Assembly (NCBI RefSeq): GCF_026571515.1
Contig: NW_026860356.1
Location: forward strand, 124,001-188,000
Reading direction: 5' to 3'
DNA: 64,000 nucleotides
DNA from: Ruditapes philippinarum
Taxonomy: Eukaryota
Positions 28,301 to 43,300 of this stretch are shown piece by piece. The translations under genes and the position numbers were made by a program. Positions within the stretch are counted from its first letter, which is position 1; the number at the start of each line of letters is the position of its first letter. The notes under the pieces are model-generated. The model was not told the origin of the DNA. It was given only the letters and a program-made list of their open reading frames with translations, and made no database searches.

Positions 28301-31300
28301 ACGAAGTCAACGTTCTATTCTGTAAATTACTCGTACATACCAAAAAGGAACGATTTCAACAGTTGTTTTTGTTGGGTGTGTTTTTTTTTTCATTTATACG
28401 CATGTAGTGAAACAACAGCTATTTCTATTTCACGCAAGTGGCGTCTTGTTGCATTGATATTAATTTATTAAATTTATGTACAAGTATTGACATATCCAAA
28501 ATAATAGGACTTGCCGTTCAGTCGGATATTATTTTTTTTATCATATAGATTACTGAGCAATAAAGCTCCAAATACTGTTTACCCTTCAGGTGTCTACACA
28601 CTAGTTTCGAGCTTCGCACATGAGGATAGTCAATAAAAAAACGACAAAAAGTTATGACAGAAAGCATGCCCTATAGTTGCCCCTTTTCAAGGTCTTGTTG
28701 TCTATTTTGTTATCATAAAGTATTAAATTTTCTATTCTGGTTGGCTTAAAGGAATAGGAATGGATAGAGTGATGTCTGTCTTATATAAATATTTATCATT
28801 TAAAAAAAGGTACCATAACAGTTTTTCTGTTGAAATCAACCGTATAACTGAGAAATTCGTGTTTTAAGACACTATTTTTTACTTGAGAAATAAGTTCATG
28901 GGCGCCGCCATTTTGGCGTTCTTTCACTCTCGCGAGACAGACGATACCGAAATTATGACGTGTTACACCCACCTACAGTATAGGTGTACACGCTGGTACA
29001 ACAAAAATATATCTTGATGAAGAACTTATTAATCCTATTACGTACATTAAAATCACATTCATGCATGTATTAAAATGATTTTACAAAAATGCATTGACAA
29101 AAGTATAAATTATGTAAATATCAATATTGAAATTATTGCAGGTTTCGGACTTTGTCACACTGAATGTTTTCTCCGATAATGGATGGTTGTTACATGTCCG
29201 TTAACTTAATAATTATCATCATCTTCAATTCAAGTTTTTATTTATATGTTATAATCGATCAAGTTTATAAAAACATCGTATTGAATTGAATTGCTTTAAT
29301 ACGCCGCGACATTAATTAACATTTGTTCGATGATCAAGCTTGCTGGTGATCCCTGACCACATGATTTAAGCAATGACTGCTTAATGTTCAAAGATAAACC
29401 ATTTAATTTATTTGGTCAATTTAATTTGAATGAGAAGCTCCTTCAAATTGCCGATAAATTCTTTTATTTTGTACTTAATTTTCGCCAGACAAGCTGTCCT
29501 TTCTATGTGTGAATCGGGTACTTCGCCGGTCATGTCTCTTTTTTTCAGTAAAATCCAATATGCAGAGATCTGATGAGGACGCGATTTTGCGCCATTGGCG
29601 CTAAAAAAAAAGAGAATGGCGCAGGAGAATCGGCAGCCAGACTAATATCGTATGAAAACAAAACTGTCCGTTGGGTTAGTCATCCAGTCAAAACTGGTAC
29701 CAATAGATTCCCCTGTAATTACGCATATTCTCGAATTTATCCATTTCTGTATAGCTTTTTTCAACGTAATCCCTTTCCCACACAGATACGCACTTCTATT
29801 ACCGTAAATTTAATCCAATAAAACAAAAAAATCATAAATCTACTTAATATTTAAAACTGAAAAAATGTGCTATTTTAAGAAATGCTGTAATTTACAGTAT
29901 AATATGACAGGACTGGTGTGCAGCTTCCCCCTAAGGTCACTCAAATCACTGATGAAGTGTAAAAAAAATAGATGTCTATTTCGTCATCAGAATATTTGAC
30001 AGGTTGATTAACCAATCAGGGAAACATTGTGCATGGCTTTTTTCATGATCAAAAGGTCTGTCTGTGTATGCTTTCTCCACAGAGGCATACACGGAGCAAT
30101 AAAAATCGTCAGTATAGAGTGTGACATGGACATTTGTTGCAAATTAGGAACAATTAAAATGGATAGTGCACAGTATGAGACACCAGCAATTGAATAAATT
30201 ATGCAAATTAGATTTTTGAGCAGCCAATAAAAATGTTTTGCCTGCAGTTAATATTAGGCTACGATAATGATGTAAATAAATAACACGCAGCAACATACGT
30301 TGACATTTGATTTCAAAAGATATGCTTATATTTTTTAAATGTAAGTATAATCAAGTATAATCTATGTTAACACCTTTTTATTTGAAAGTCAGAATCAAAC
30401 TGCAAACATACACATATACAAATACTATTCAGAACACGTTTAAGTAGGTTTCTATAAAAGTGATAATTATCGCCGTTCAATTATTAACAGCCAATATTAT
30501 GCGTTGGTGTGTTTGTTTCTTTAATTGCATAATTGTGAAACTTTGTACAATAATAACATGTGTACTTATTAAATCTGTGAAATATTGTTTTATCACATTA
30601 AGATGAGACTTTAATAACGTAGCATTGTTTGGAGTAAAAGGCTTCGCTGGTCTGAAGTGGTGCGACTTAATTGTAGACAGTTGTTTTTTTTTATTTTTTT
30701 TATTTTTTTCTTTGTTTTTTATTTTTGAATATTATTCGCATTTTGAACAAAAAAATATTCTCTAAGCATCCTGTTAAAATAAATTTGTCTGGTCAATTCT
30801 TTATATTTCGCTACGATTCTACTAGATTTATCATAAATCTACAGATGTGGGGAAATGACGTCACAAGCACCTGCTTTTATTCGGCCAATATACAAACAAG
30901 GCCGCACCTACTGATTTGTAGAAATCGGTGATTGAGCGATTTGAATTTTGTTATCATTCGTTTAATGTTACTATTTAAAGGCAGAAAATTTGCAGATTAA
31001 CTATTTGTAGTATTCTATTTCTGATATCAAGTTTTTATTCTAACATTGTCTTTCCCTTTAAAAAAACGATGATCGGGTTGAAATGGTCAAATCTAGCTAA
31101 TTGTTTATGTCCAGGAACGGCAACAATTATCGTTTGTATTTAAAGGATTAACTACACTCTCGCCGTTGCATGGTTTGTGTGATAAAACTTAATCGATAAT
31201 ATAACGAGACAATATGATTATTTTATAAACATAACCAACAACCATTTTGTAAATACTTTTAGAGTGAATTCAGCATTTTATCCTGACAAAGATTAAGTTT

Positions 31301-34300
31301 TAACAACTTCATAAAGAATGACGACCTTACGCTTTTACTTAGTGGTCGTCTTGATGAAATTGTATGTCAAAGAAAAAGTGAATCAACTGATGTAAGTATA
31401 CCGGTATTTGAAAAAAAATAAGCAAATTATTTTATGCTTCTCAGTGGATCACTGATTTATCAGTGAAAATTATATTTGATAATTTCACAGTGAAAATTAT
31501 CAAAATCTTATTTCACACTTTTCAATGACGAAACTACTTTTAAGTTTTTCCCCATTGTCAGGGCTGTTTAGAGAAAAGCAAATCTAAACTTGATAAATAA
31601 CTTGAATTTCAAAAGTAATAAAACTTACTTCAATTTTTTCAAATTACCAATTACGAAATATCGTCTCTAAATTTTTGTTTCATTTTCTTCAGTCTGAAAA
31701 AAATACAATTCCTTCCACATGCAAAACTGCTCATGGTGACATTTGGGCATATTTCAGTATCCAACGAGCAATAACTGCCTTATGCAATATGAAAAGCAAT
31801 GGCAGCCATCAGCCCGAAGAATAAATAAACAACCTAGCGTTCGTAAGGTAGTCTTTCAGCAATTCCATGTTTTCAAATTTCCTAGCCGCTTTTTGAATGT
31901 TTACTCATCTGTCAACACTTATTTATTGTCTGTGACAATCCTCAAATAATTTTATTGTCTTCTAAAAAGATGTATGACTAACATAATTATCCCAATTATA
32001 TCCCTCTAAATCAAACATAATTTTTTTCCTCCCGTCAAATACACAACTTTTAAAAATGGCGGCCGCTTACATTTCACAAAGCCAGGTCTAGTATAAATTC
32101 GCAGTAAGTAACGGAAATAAGGTCGGATGGTGTGACTTTTTCTTCTACTAGAATTGTTTGTTTTTTATTATTAAAACAAACAATCATTCATATCTTTTTT
32201 TTTAATAAATTAAAATGAACAGTATCACCGCCATTTAACGTTAATTGTCGAACTTATTTTTCGGCCAAGACTTCTAGTATTTTATGAGAAATTCGACTTA
32301 TAGACTTATAGTCTTATAGTCTTATAGACTTATGACTTTTTCCAGTGGGAAAAACAAATTTAATATATAAGGTAAAATTAAGTAAAAATTTCGTTTCAAC
32401 TTGTTTTAAAGCATAAAATAAAAAGGAAACTTGTTTGTTTGTTGTAAACGATGTAATTTATTTCATCTCGTGAACTTTAAAAACAGTATTCTCACTCGTG
32501 GCTACGTCACAACATTCTATAAATCCGTTATTCATTTAATACTTAACAGTTGTTTATTCTTTCTAAAGACGGAATATGTATTCATTTTAAAGGATAAATG
32601 AACCTTTAATTTATGTACGTTATTATCCAATACATGTACATGATAATATTATAAAGGACAGCTTACTAGATTCCAAATCCGTTGTAAAGATCTTAAATGA
32701 TGTTTGATTCATCAGTTGCGATTTCGATGCCTTCAATGATGAAGTAATGACTTCAAAATCCAAGGTGATGTAACGGGCACGAACGTGTCTGAAATAGAAG
32801 TATATTGTTTATCCTTAATGGTGTATTATTTTACGTGGAGTGGTTTATAAACGGTAAAAACTTATGTAACTAATATAAAAAAAAACTCTTTTTCTGAAAT
32901 GTAAAAGAAAAATTCTTAAACAGAGAGAGATAAATATAAGATAAAAATCAACTTTTGTTTAGACTCTTATTAGGGTGATCCATGAACAATCTACACTTTA
33001 TGTGTTAACTGTACTTTCGGAGGCTATTGTAAATTGCATTATAACTATCAATATAACACATTTTAATTGTCATGGACTTTCGGGAATGTATTGCAAATTG
33101 CGTATTATAAGTGCTGATATTACAAAAGCTACCATTACATAGGGTGGGCCTAGAAAAATTAAAGCCAAACATAAAGATGAAACTAGTTATTTTAAGAAAG
33201 TCTTGTTCAACCGTTTACCTGCTAAAACCGAAAAGAGACTATACTTTGCCATCATTATAAAGCCTACATGCAGTAAAGAAAGTAAAAACTGTATTTATTT
33301 ATAATAATTAATCTTCCTTTCATAAAATTTATAATAGAGATACGATACTCGGTGAATGATGGTTTTTCACTTTTATTCCCGTGGTACAAAAATATTTACA
33401 GTTAAAAGTTGGTAAATATATTCAGTTATCAGTATATATTGATAATAAGCGAAAAGACAAATTGCTACCGTAAACTGCTTTATGGCGAACTTCCGCTAAA
33501 TTTAAAGGTGTAACTGTAAATGTTTGTTTGTACACTCATTTTAGCTGTGAAAAATCTTTATTCCACAATATGTCTATACAGTACCTTAACAGCAAGCGAC
33601 CATTCTTGTCTGTATGATTGCACTTCAGTGCTTCACCATAAAGAAATCCAGCATTCATCTCACTATACCAGCATTGCTTAAACGTCTGATTTATCTGAAA
33701 CGAGAAAATAAAAAGTAAGCTTCTTGATACAGAATATGACAAGAAAGTTTTTTATGTTAAGGTACAATTGTAATCATAGAATCCAGAGCAACAGATAATC
33801 TTTAAAAGTGAATTTGGTATTACTCCATCATTTCCTTTGGAATTGGGTATTGGCTCCATTTAATTGGGTATTCCAAAACTCAATACCCTATGATTTCAAG
33901 ATCAATTGGGTATTCAATTATGAAGATCTATATGAATTTTTATGGTTTCAATATCAAAAAAATTTAAACGGTTTAAAAAAAAATAGGATTAACAATTTAC
34001 TAGAACTTTTCACAATTGTTTTATTTTTATATAAAATGCTCATGTTATATTTCATAATATTTTTTTCCAAATTCGTTTTCTGACTGATTGTTGACGGCTC
34101 GCCACGGCGAGCCGGTATTACGTTAGGATTTTACTGAGAAACAACCTAAAACTCCGAATCCATCCAAAAATTTAATCGAAGCTTGGCTTCCAGCTTTCTA
34201 CAAAATTTATCTATCAGGGTTAGGATCCAAAATTATTTAGCCAATTAGTTTAATAATATTTTATTGCAACTATATAATACATGTTAGATATGAATAACAC

Positions 34301-37300
34301 ACAAAGAAACAAAAACAAATGTACATATAAGTATAGTGCAAATGGGTTGGGCTACAAGTTATTACAACATTAGCAACAGCCCTTCCCACAAAGTCAAACT
34401 TTATAATACATATATTCCGGATAGTTGCATAAGAATAGTTACACAAGTGGAAGTGAGAAAAAAATCAAAACGCGCACGCATGCACGCACGCACGCACACA
34501 CACACACGTGTATTTACATATTTATTATAAATTATCAATTAAAATGCTCCATAGAATTAAGATAGAACAGGGTCTTTCAAAAGAAATTTTAGACCCTGGA
34601 TAGAATGGGGAATTACTTAGCTTAACAAAATTGAAAAAAAAAATAAATAAATTAAACAGCCCTTAACAGAGAGAGAAGAAAAAACCCTACGTTGCCTGAC
34701 CTATGAAATTGACAGAGATGATGTGTGTTAATGTCGACAGCGATAATTTGAAATCAAATTCGGCAATTGTTTTACGTCATATGTCTAATTTACGTACACG
34801 TGTGTCAACAAGGAAACGACATATTTGTAAACACATTTCAAGGTCTACATTATGTTTTACAATTTTATAATCATTGACAGATGGAAATAGCGGTCAGTTG
34901 AAGTAAGTAAAGTATTTACATGTATATTTATCGGTACCACTTTAGAATGGGAATAAAAGCGGAACATAAGACTGTCTATGACTGTATGAGTGACCTGGAT
35001 TTTGTATTGTAGATACTGTACAAAAATTGTAGAAAGTGGATAAATTAAGGAAAAAAAAACATATACCATTACAAGATAACCAGATAGCTCAGCCGGTAGA
35101 GCAGCCTAGACTTTGTGTGGACATGGTTATAGGAAGGTCTCAGGTCTGATCTCAAGTCCTGATCTGGTTTTTTTTGTATAGATCAATTTTGAATTTATCA
35201 AAATCTTTTAGAATGTTTAATAAATTTTTGTACTTCAGAAAAAACAAATTCATTTTCGACATCATTAAGTAATGGGTTTCCAAATAAGAGTTTTTCTGTA
35301 TTTATGGGGTGAAAAGGTCTAGTAGCTAAAAATAAGTTAAGTCTTTGTTCGGTAAAAAGTTTGCATTTAAATAAATAGTGCTCTGCATCTTCTTCTCCAC
35401 TACCACAGTCACAGATAGGATTTTGTCGTAAGTAGTTCCTAAACAAATCTGCATTTAAATTACTGCATTGATTTCTTATTCTAGCATGATGAACAGAAGA
35501 AATACGATCCCCACTTAAAAAGAATTTAGAAACAACAGGCGGTTTAAAATGATTTTTCATTAAATTTTTGAAGTTTGAAAGATTTGGAGCATCACGAATG
35601 GATTGTGAAATTTCGTTCCATAGTTTAACACATGCTGGTATTACAGATCTAGAATAAATTTCTGTACGTCTTTGTACAGTTAAATAGTTTGAGTTACTTC
35701 TCAGATCATAATGATTATTTTCATTGACCATAGGAGGGAATAGTTCAGAAATATATGTTGGTAAAAACCCATGTTTTTCTTTATAAACTAGTACTAATTT
35801 TTGAATTTTCCGCCTGTCTGATAAAGAGACCCAACCGATTTCTTTTAATAATTTATCAATAGAAACAGAGCGTGTAAGACCAGTTACTATTCTTGCAGCT
35901 TCATATTGCATTTTTTCAAGGGTTTCTTTCTCAACATTAGTACAGCTATCCCATAAGACTGAGACATATTCCAAAATAGGTCTGAGATAAGAAATGTAAA
36001 TTTGATTAAGTGTTGTACGTTTTAATTTAAATTTTAGCATTTTCATTGACCCTAGGACTTTTGAAGCAGAGGAAGTTTTTGTTTGTTATATGCTCATGCC
36101 AACTTCCATTGTTATTTAAAATGACTCCAAGATGTTTGTGATCTTGAACTTGTGTTAATGTAGTATTGTTGAAAATAAGTTTTGGTTGCTCACGGTCTGC
36201 CAAAGAGAAAGTAACAACTTCAGTTTTTAATGGATTAAAATTTACCAGCCATTGTTGGGACCATGAAGAAATTTTTTGTAGATCAGAGTTTAACACATCT
36301 TGTATTGTATTTATATTAGTTGATGTAACTGCAAGAGAGCTATCATCTGCAAAAAGTCTTGCAGTACTTTCTAAAGACTCGGCTATATCATTGACATATA
36401 TGAGAAATAAAAGTGGGCCAAGAACTGAGCCTTGAGGAACACCGGCATTTAAATATTTAGTTTCTGAAAATGAAGATCCTACAAAAACTCTTTGCATTCC
36501 TATACTTAAATAATTTTCAATCCATTTATTAAATTTCCCTATAATTCCATATTGTTTTAACTTGAATAATAAACCCGAATGCCAAACCCTGTCAAATGCT
36601 TTAGAGATATCACAAAAAACTATACAAGTAGATTTTTTTTCATCAAATCCTTTACAAATTTGATGGTACATATCAATAAGTTGATAGACTGTTGAGTGTC
36701 CCGGAAGAAAGCCTGACTGATATTTATAGATAAGATCATTTGAATGTAAATAATTGTATAAATGTTAAAATATTACTCTCTCCATTACTTTACCAAGACA
36801 TCTGATTAATGATATAGGCCTATAGTTAGATGGAATTTCCTTGTCTCCTTTTTTAAAAAGTGGCACTACATTAGCTAATTTTAAGCAATTGGGAAAGGAT
36901 CCCTCTTGAAAAGACCTATTAAAAATAATACAAAGGGGTCGACATATTGTTTTTGAGGTTTCTTTGAGCATGCGATGGCTAATTTCATCTGGACCACTAG
37001 CTTTTTTGATAACTAAATTTAAGAGAATATCAGAGATTTCATGTTCTGAAATTTGAATATTGTCAATAAAAGAATCAGTTTTTAACGAAAAGTTTGGAAG
37101 ATTTGAATTAGTGTCATCAATTGTGGAGATTGAAACAAAATAATTATTTAAAGTATTAGCAATTTCTTCATCAGATACTGAATAACTGTTGTTTTCACTT
37201 TTTAGGGGTGGTATTTTGTCACATTTACATGTAGTAGAATTATCTTTAATAAGCATTTTAACAAGTTTCCAATATTGAGATGGGTTTGTGTTATTTAGAT

Positions 37301-40300
37301 CATGTAATGAATATTCTATATTGTTGAAAAAAGTTTCTTGAGCATATTTTTTCATGTTGTTGACTTTCTTTCTTATTTGTTTATATTTGTCCCAGTCTGA
37401 AGTTTTATTAGAATTCACTGCTTTTTTTTTAATCTGTCACGTTTTCTTGATGTTCTACGAATTTCGTTATTATACCAGGGCTTATCATTAGTACGTACAG
37501 TTACGAAATATGTGGGTATACATGTTTTTGCAATATCAAGAAATTTAGTAATAAAATAGTTACATGCTGTATCAACTGAATTATCATGTAGAAAAGACTA
37601 ATCTGTTGTTTGTATACAAGTATTCAGTTTATTAAAATCAGCTTTTTTGTAATTCCACACACGACGTTTAAAGGGGGCATCAAATTTGAAATTAATTTTA
37701 ATATAAGCATATGTAGCATAATGGTCACTTATAGTATTGTCCGTTTTAAAAACTCCAGAGTCATGCAATAAAATATTATTAGAAATGGCAATGGGATCAA
37801 TTAAAGTACTTGAATGATCACTTACACGAGTTGGCTGAGTTATTATATTTGACATGTTGTTAAGATTAAGAATATCCTTAAATTTTCTATTGTTTGAGTT
37901 AAGTTGATCTTCATTTACATCCCCTACCAGAATAATATAATTACCTATTTCTGATGCCTTCTCAATGCATATGTTTAGTTTATCCCAAAAATCTACCCTG
38001 TAGTGAGGGGGTCTATATACAGTACATATTAGATATGATTTACTTTTGTCTTTTATTTTGAGCCAAATAGTTTCTGGGAGAAGAAATTCTAGATCAAATA
38101 ATCTTTCAGGTCTTAAGTGGGCTGAAGCATATAAAAGAAATCCACCAGAATGCGCAGTATTATCTTTTCTAAACATATAATCATAACCTTCAAGTAATAG
38201 AGTACTGTTATTTATATCTGTATAAAGGTGTGTCTCAGTAAAGCATAGCATATCAAAATCTAGAAAATTTTCCTTAATATATTGCATTTTATTTCTAATA
38301 CTGCGAATATTTTGATGTATAATAGAAAAGCAGTGGTCTGTATTATTTTCGGGGCCTGGATTAAGCTCAATATCCCCAGATAACAATAACAATCTAAGTA
38401 AAAAAACATTAATAATATATAGGATCATGTGATCAATACTTTGATATGAGTGATAGTTTAAGAAATTACAACTTAGGATGTTACTGTGGTAGTAAGTGGA
38501 GAATGTACATAGCAAGATAGTTATGATAAGAACACACATAATAGAATGAAAAATATCTTGCATATACACATTATAATTATGAATTTGTTTTAAAAAGTAA
38601 TTTTTTATCCGTATGTACTTATACATCTTGATTAAATATTGGTATGATTCAAAACAACTTGAATTTAGTACTCTCTGTCTGCAGTTATAATAAAGCCCTA
38701 TTGTTACTCTCCATAAAGTTATATCATTACCTATTAGGTAAAAGGTTTATATCAATAATTACTGAGAGCAAACAAAGGGCTTTATTACTTAGTGTATTTA
38801 TATCTAACATAGGGGACAGGCAACAAGGGAAACTATTTTGATTACTCATACAGAATAAGTTTACTAGAAATAGGATGAGTATTAACATATTGAAAAAGAG
38901 GGAAGATAATAAATGTTAATATATATATTATTTATAAAAAAAAATAAACTTAATAGATAGAGACTTCACAGTATTATACTGTGAATGGAATACAGATACA
39001 AATCAAATTTATTCAGGAAAATTTGGCAAGAGTATGGAAAAAGTACACAAGACTTAAGTTAAATGTATAAAATAAACAAAAACATTAACAAAGACAGTCA
39101 GGTAATATATACTAATAGTAGTACAGGCAGGTTAGACAGGCGGACGAACAGACATAAATATACACTCTACATGTACACAATTACAAAAAATTTACAACAG
39201 TCAGGTTAAATATACAGGTAGTAGTGCAGGCAGGAAAAACAGACAGACAGACGGACAGACACCAACAAACAGGTATGAGCTTAGAAATAACGGTATCGTA
39301 TAAAACATTTACGAAAAAACAGTGGGATAGCAAATCATGTTTTGATACTTGGAGCTAACAAAAACAAAAATATATTAACTTGTTAAATCTGAANNNNNNN
39401 NNNNNNNNNNNNNNNNNNNNNNNNNNNNNNNNNNNNNNNNNNNNNNNNNNNNNNNNNNNNNNNNNNNNNNNNNNNNNNNNNNNNNNNNNNNNNNNNNNNN
39501 NNNNNNNNNNNNNNNNNNNNNNNNNNNNNNNNNNNNNNNNNNNNNNNNNNNNNNNNNNNNNNNNNNNNNNNNNNNNNNNNNNNNNNAATGTGTTTATGCT
39601 AATGTGATTACTTTTGATAATAAATCGTCTGCTAATAATATAAACAATTACAGGTAAATCTATTTGCATAGTTTACACAGTGTAGAGGCGTGTCTAAAAA
39701 TAGCAGTGTTACTATATATATAAGTATGTATTGATGTCAATATCTAGCGCACTCGATGTCAATAAAAACCTGTCAAAAAGACAGCACTTGTCACAAGGAT
39801 TATAACTTGTTTCGAATTTCTTGAATGTCGTCCATGTGCTTAATAAGGCAACTTTTTGTTGCTCCAGTAACCTGAACATAGACTCTACATCCCGCTATCC
39901 AGGTTTTAGTTATTAATTTGTCTCTTTTTAATTGCCGTGCTTGGAAGGATAGATTTTCTCTCAGCGGTGTCAAGTTTTCTTGGACAAAAATGCCATGGGA
40001 TATCTCTTTCCTAGCGTTATATACCCGCTGTCTTGCTTTCGAATTGGTGAACTTAACGATCACTTTTCTATTATAATTGTCTTTGGGTTTACCTTTTCGG
40101 TGGCACTTATCAATATCGCTGCTACTCAGCTGAATACCTCTTTTCTTGGCCTCTGCAAGAATTTTTGATTCTACATTCTCTTCATTGCTGCCGGTATCTC
40201 CTGGAATGCCCGAAATATCTAAGTTCATACGACGACCGTATTGAGCCAATTCGTCTTGATCCATCTCAGATGTCTTTAAGTCTGATTTTAAAGAGGCTAC

Positions 40301-43300
40301 TTCAGCCCTCAAAGCACTTACTTCATCTTTCAACATTTTTGTCTCTTCCTGTATAATATTGATGAATTCACCCCTTAGCTCTTTAATAATTTCTTCTTGC
40401 AACTGGACTTTAAGTTCTTTAATAAGCTCAGGTGCTAGTTGTGAACTTAGTTCTTTAATGTCTGCTTGACTGAATTTTGACATTTTTGTTTGTGAAGTGG
40501 GTGGGGATACAAGTATATCTGGCTGTTTTTCTACCTCAAAAAATTCACTAAGACCACTCTCTTTTTCTGGCGTAGTTTCAATGTTCAAAAATCTTAAAGG
40601 TTTATGTTTTTGATTGAATTGTCTTGACCAGGTGAAGATTTATTTCTATTTCTTTTCCTATTTCCCATTTATCTTTCTGAGTAGATGTCACAATTGTGGT
40701 GTGTAAATAGTCAGTTATATATCATTTGGTCACTGGGACAACTCATTACATTACATAATCAAGTTCGTTAGGGTTTCTTGTACCTGACACTATAGACTCA
40801 TCTAGAAGTTTAGCCTCCAAACCTTTCAAAAAACTACATTTTCAAAATTTTCTTTGTCTGGGAAAAAAACTCCGACATTTTGTTTTGACCGGAAGTAGCC
40901 AATCAAATTTAATCTTACATAGCGTCAAAAAACCTTCAATTTTCACGCCATTTTTAAAAAGCAGCAAGTTTTATTTTGAGCGCAAAGATATAATGATGAT
41001 TATAATGTTTGTTTTCATGAATTCTTTTCAATAAATCATATTTACACTGACTTTTGATTTAGCGATTTCACCTGTTCCTCTGTAGTAAGTTTTCGTTTGG
41101 TTAATAAACGTAAGTGTACATCTGGTTCTGTGCATTTTTTTCTTTTTCCTTTTTTCCGGTCATTTAATCCTTTCCGGTATTAAGTGTATATATTTACTGG
41201 CCGGGATCCGGGACGCCCCGGATTGGCCGGGATCCGGGATCGTATAAGATATAGAGGAAAAACTAATAAACTATATTTGTGTTGATTATTGTCGTAATGA
41301 AAGGCCATTAAACGTTAAGTTTTTTTATTGTATGTAATAAACGTTAAATTAATTAAGCTTAGGATATAAATATATTAAGAGCTATTTATTAACAAACTTA
41401 AAATGCGGAAATCACAATACTTATAATTATATGCCTAATTAATTGGAAAAATCAAAGACTACATTCTTGAATTAGTCAAATCCCGGGACCCCTTTATGTT
41501 TTAATGCGATCCCAGCTTTTCTGAAAACTATATTCTTGAACTGGCCAATTCCTGGGATCTCTTTATATTTTAATACGATCCCGGCTTTTCTGAAAACTAA
41601 ATTCTTGAACTGGTCAATTCCCGGGATCCCTATATGTTTTAAAAGGATCCCGGCTTATCTGAAAAACATCTTAGACTGGTCAATTTCCGGGGTCCCTATA
41701 TTTTTAATAGGATCCCGGCTTTTCTGGCTGAATTGATAGACAACTTGTGTTTACTTTAGGACTTGTGTCTGTCACTCATTCCAATACTAAATAACATATT
41801 ACGACTTAACTTCGTATAAAGAGACATCTTTATGAATTCTACCTATCTAACATTTATTTGGTCAAGGTCAACAGGCCATACAGTAAATGTGCATAGACAT
41901 AGGGACTTCATTCTATCTGTTTACATGCATCTTCATATATACTCATATTCCTCTTTGTTAAACTGAGAGAACTGGCTTCCATAACTTCATGTCACTTTAT
42001 TTTGATGTTCGCTGAAGTCTCTTCAGCTAACAGAACTGTCATTTTTACATTTAAACGCACCCCTGGAAAAAAATTAAGAAGCGAGTCGCTACTAGCTTTT
42101 TTAAAAACTAACCTTGTGATTATTTACGACTGTTTTGTTTCAAATCATTTTCCCTTTTGCACGACGCCATATTGCTTTCAAAGCGTCTATTGATACAGCT
42201 GGGACCTACTTATTGACGGTCTCCGCAAAATTAACGGTCTCTGCTGGTCTTTAAGTCCGTCGACCTGAGTAGACAAATCGACGGTCTCATGCTGTATTGA
42301 CATGGCTTAGTCGGTCATTGGAGGCCGGGGACCGTCGAAGACCGGAGACCGTTGATTATTTAGCATTGATTTGGAAATATTCGGATAACATGCATATCGA
42401 TATAATTTGTCCAAAACAACGAGCGTACGACTGATAAATTTTGCGATGATGAAAATGACAATTCGCACGGGTTTTTAAGACAATTGCGTATTTTTTTTTT
42501 TTAATGGGTTTTGATACGCATTCTTAAAAAATCAATTGAGTATTTTCTGAAATTAATTGCGTAAATACGCAAATACGCACCTTATCTGTTGCTCTGGAAT
42601 CCATAATTCTTTTATGTAGATGTAATGTTATCTGTCAAAAATCAAGCCAAACATCAATGTAGGAATATCTCTGAAGGTTCTTTTTATGCGCAAACATAAC
42701 ATTTTTACTTTCTTATCAATCAAGTTAAAAATAGTAACGAAGTGTCTAAAGGTCAACCTTAAAAAAATGAAATGTTTAAAGCTGTTTAAAATAACAAACT
42801 GATTAATAAAATGATATAAGATGATCAATATCCTTATGTACATCTTTAAATTTCGAATTAAAATATATTACGAGTTCATACATATTTACCAAAAATATAC
42901 GACTGTTTATTTTAAAAGTACACTTATACTGGGTTATTTTTTGTCGAGCGTTCAGTTGGAACATATACAAATAACGTTGTTATTATAAACCTAATAAACA
43001 TAATTTTATAAGCATTCATTGCCTTTATATGAGTCGATCTTCTGTTATTTGGAGGGGCGTCCGTGGCCGATTTGTTAAGGCCGTTGACTTAAAATCAATT
43101 GCATCTCACCGCTTTGGTTCGAATCCCAACAGGGACTTTTGATTCTTTATTGTCAGGAAGTCATCCAGCTAGCTTACGAAATGTCAGTGGTTCTACCCAG
43201 GTGCCCGTTCGTGCCTGAAATAATTTCTAAAATGCCACCTCAGGTCTTTCTGCACAAGAAAAGCTAGAAAGCCAATATAAAACCTATATTGTGTTGGTGC

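Larger units (their letters stand above)
34246..40895 (-). mobile_element. Full-length CR1/L2-group LINE, inactivated
   Basis: ORF1 + APE-RT ORF2; TSD TAGCCAAT at 34238-34245 and 40896-40903; AATAAA-containing 3' end. Confidence 0.92.

Noticed and set aside
31629-31693. Candidate exon with good splice sites
   Set aside because: It has stops in all three frames.
39355-39669. ORFs spanning the N run
   Set aside because: Artefacts of the assembly gap.
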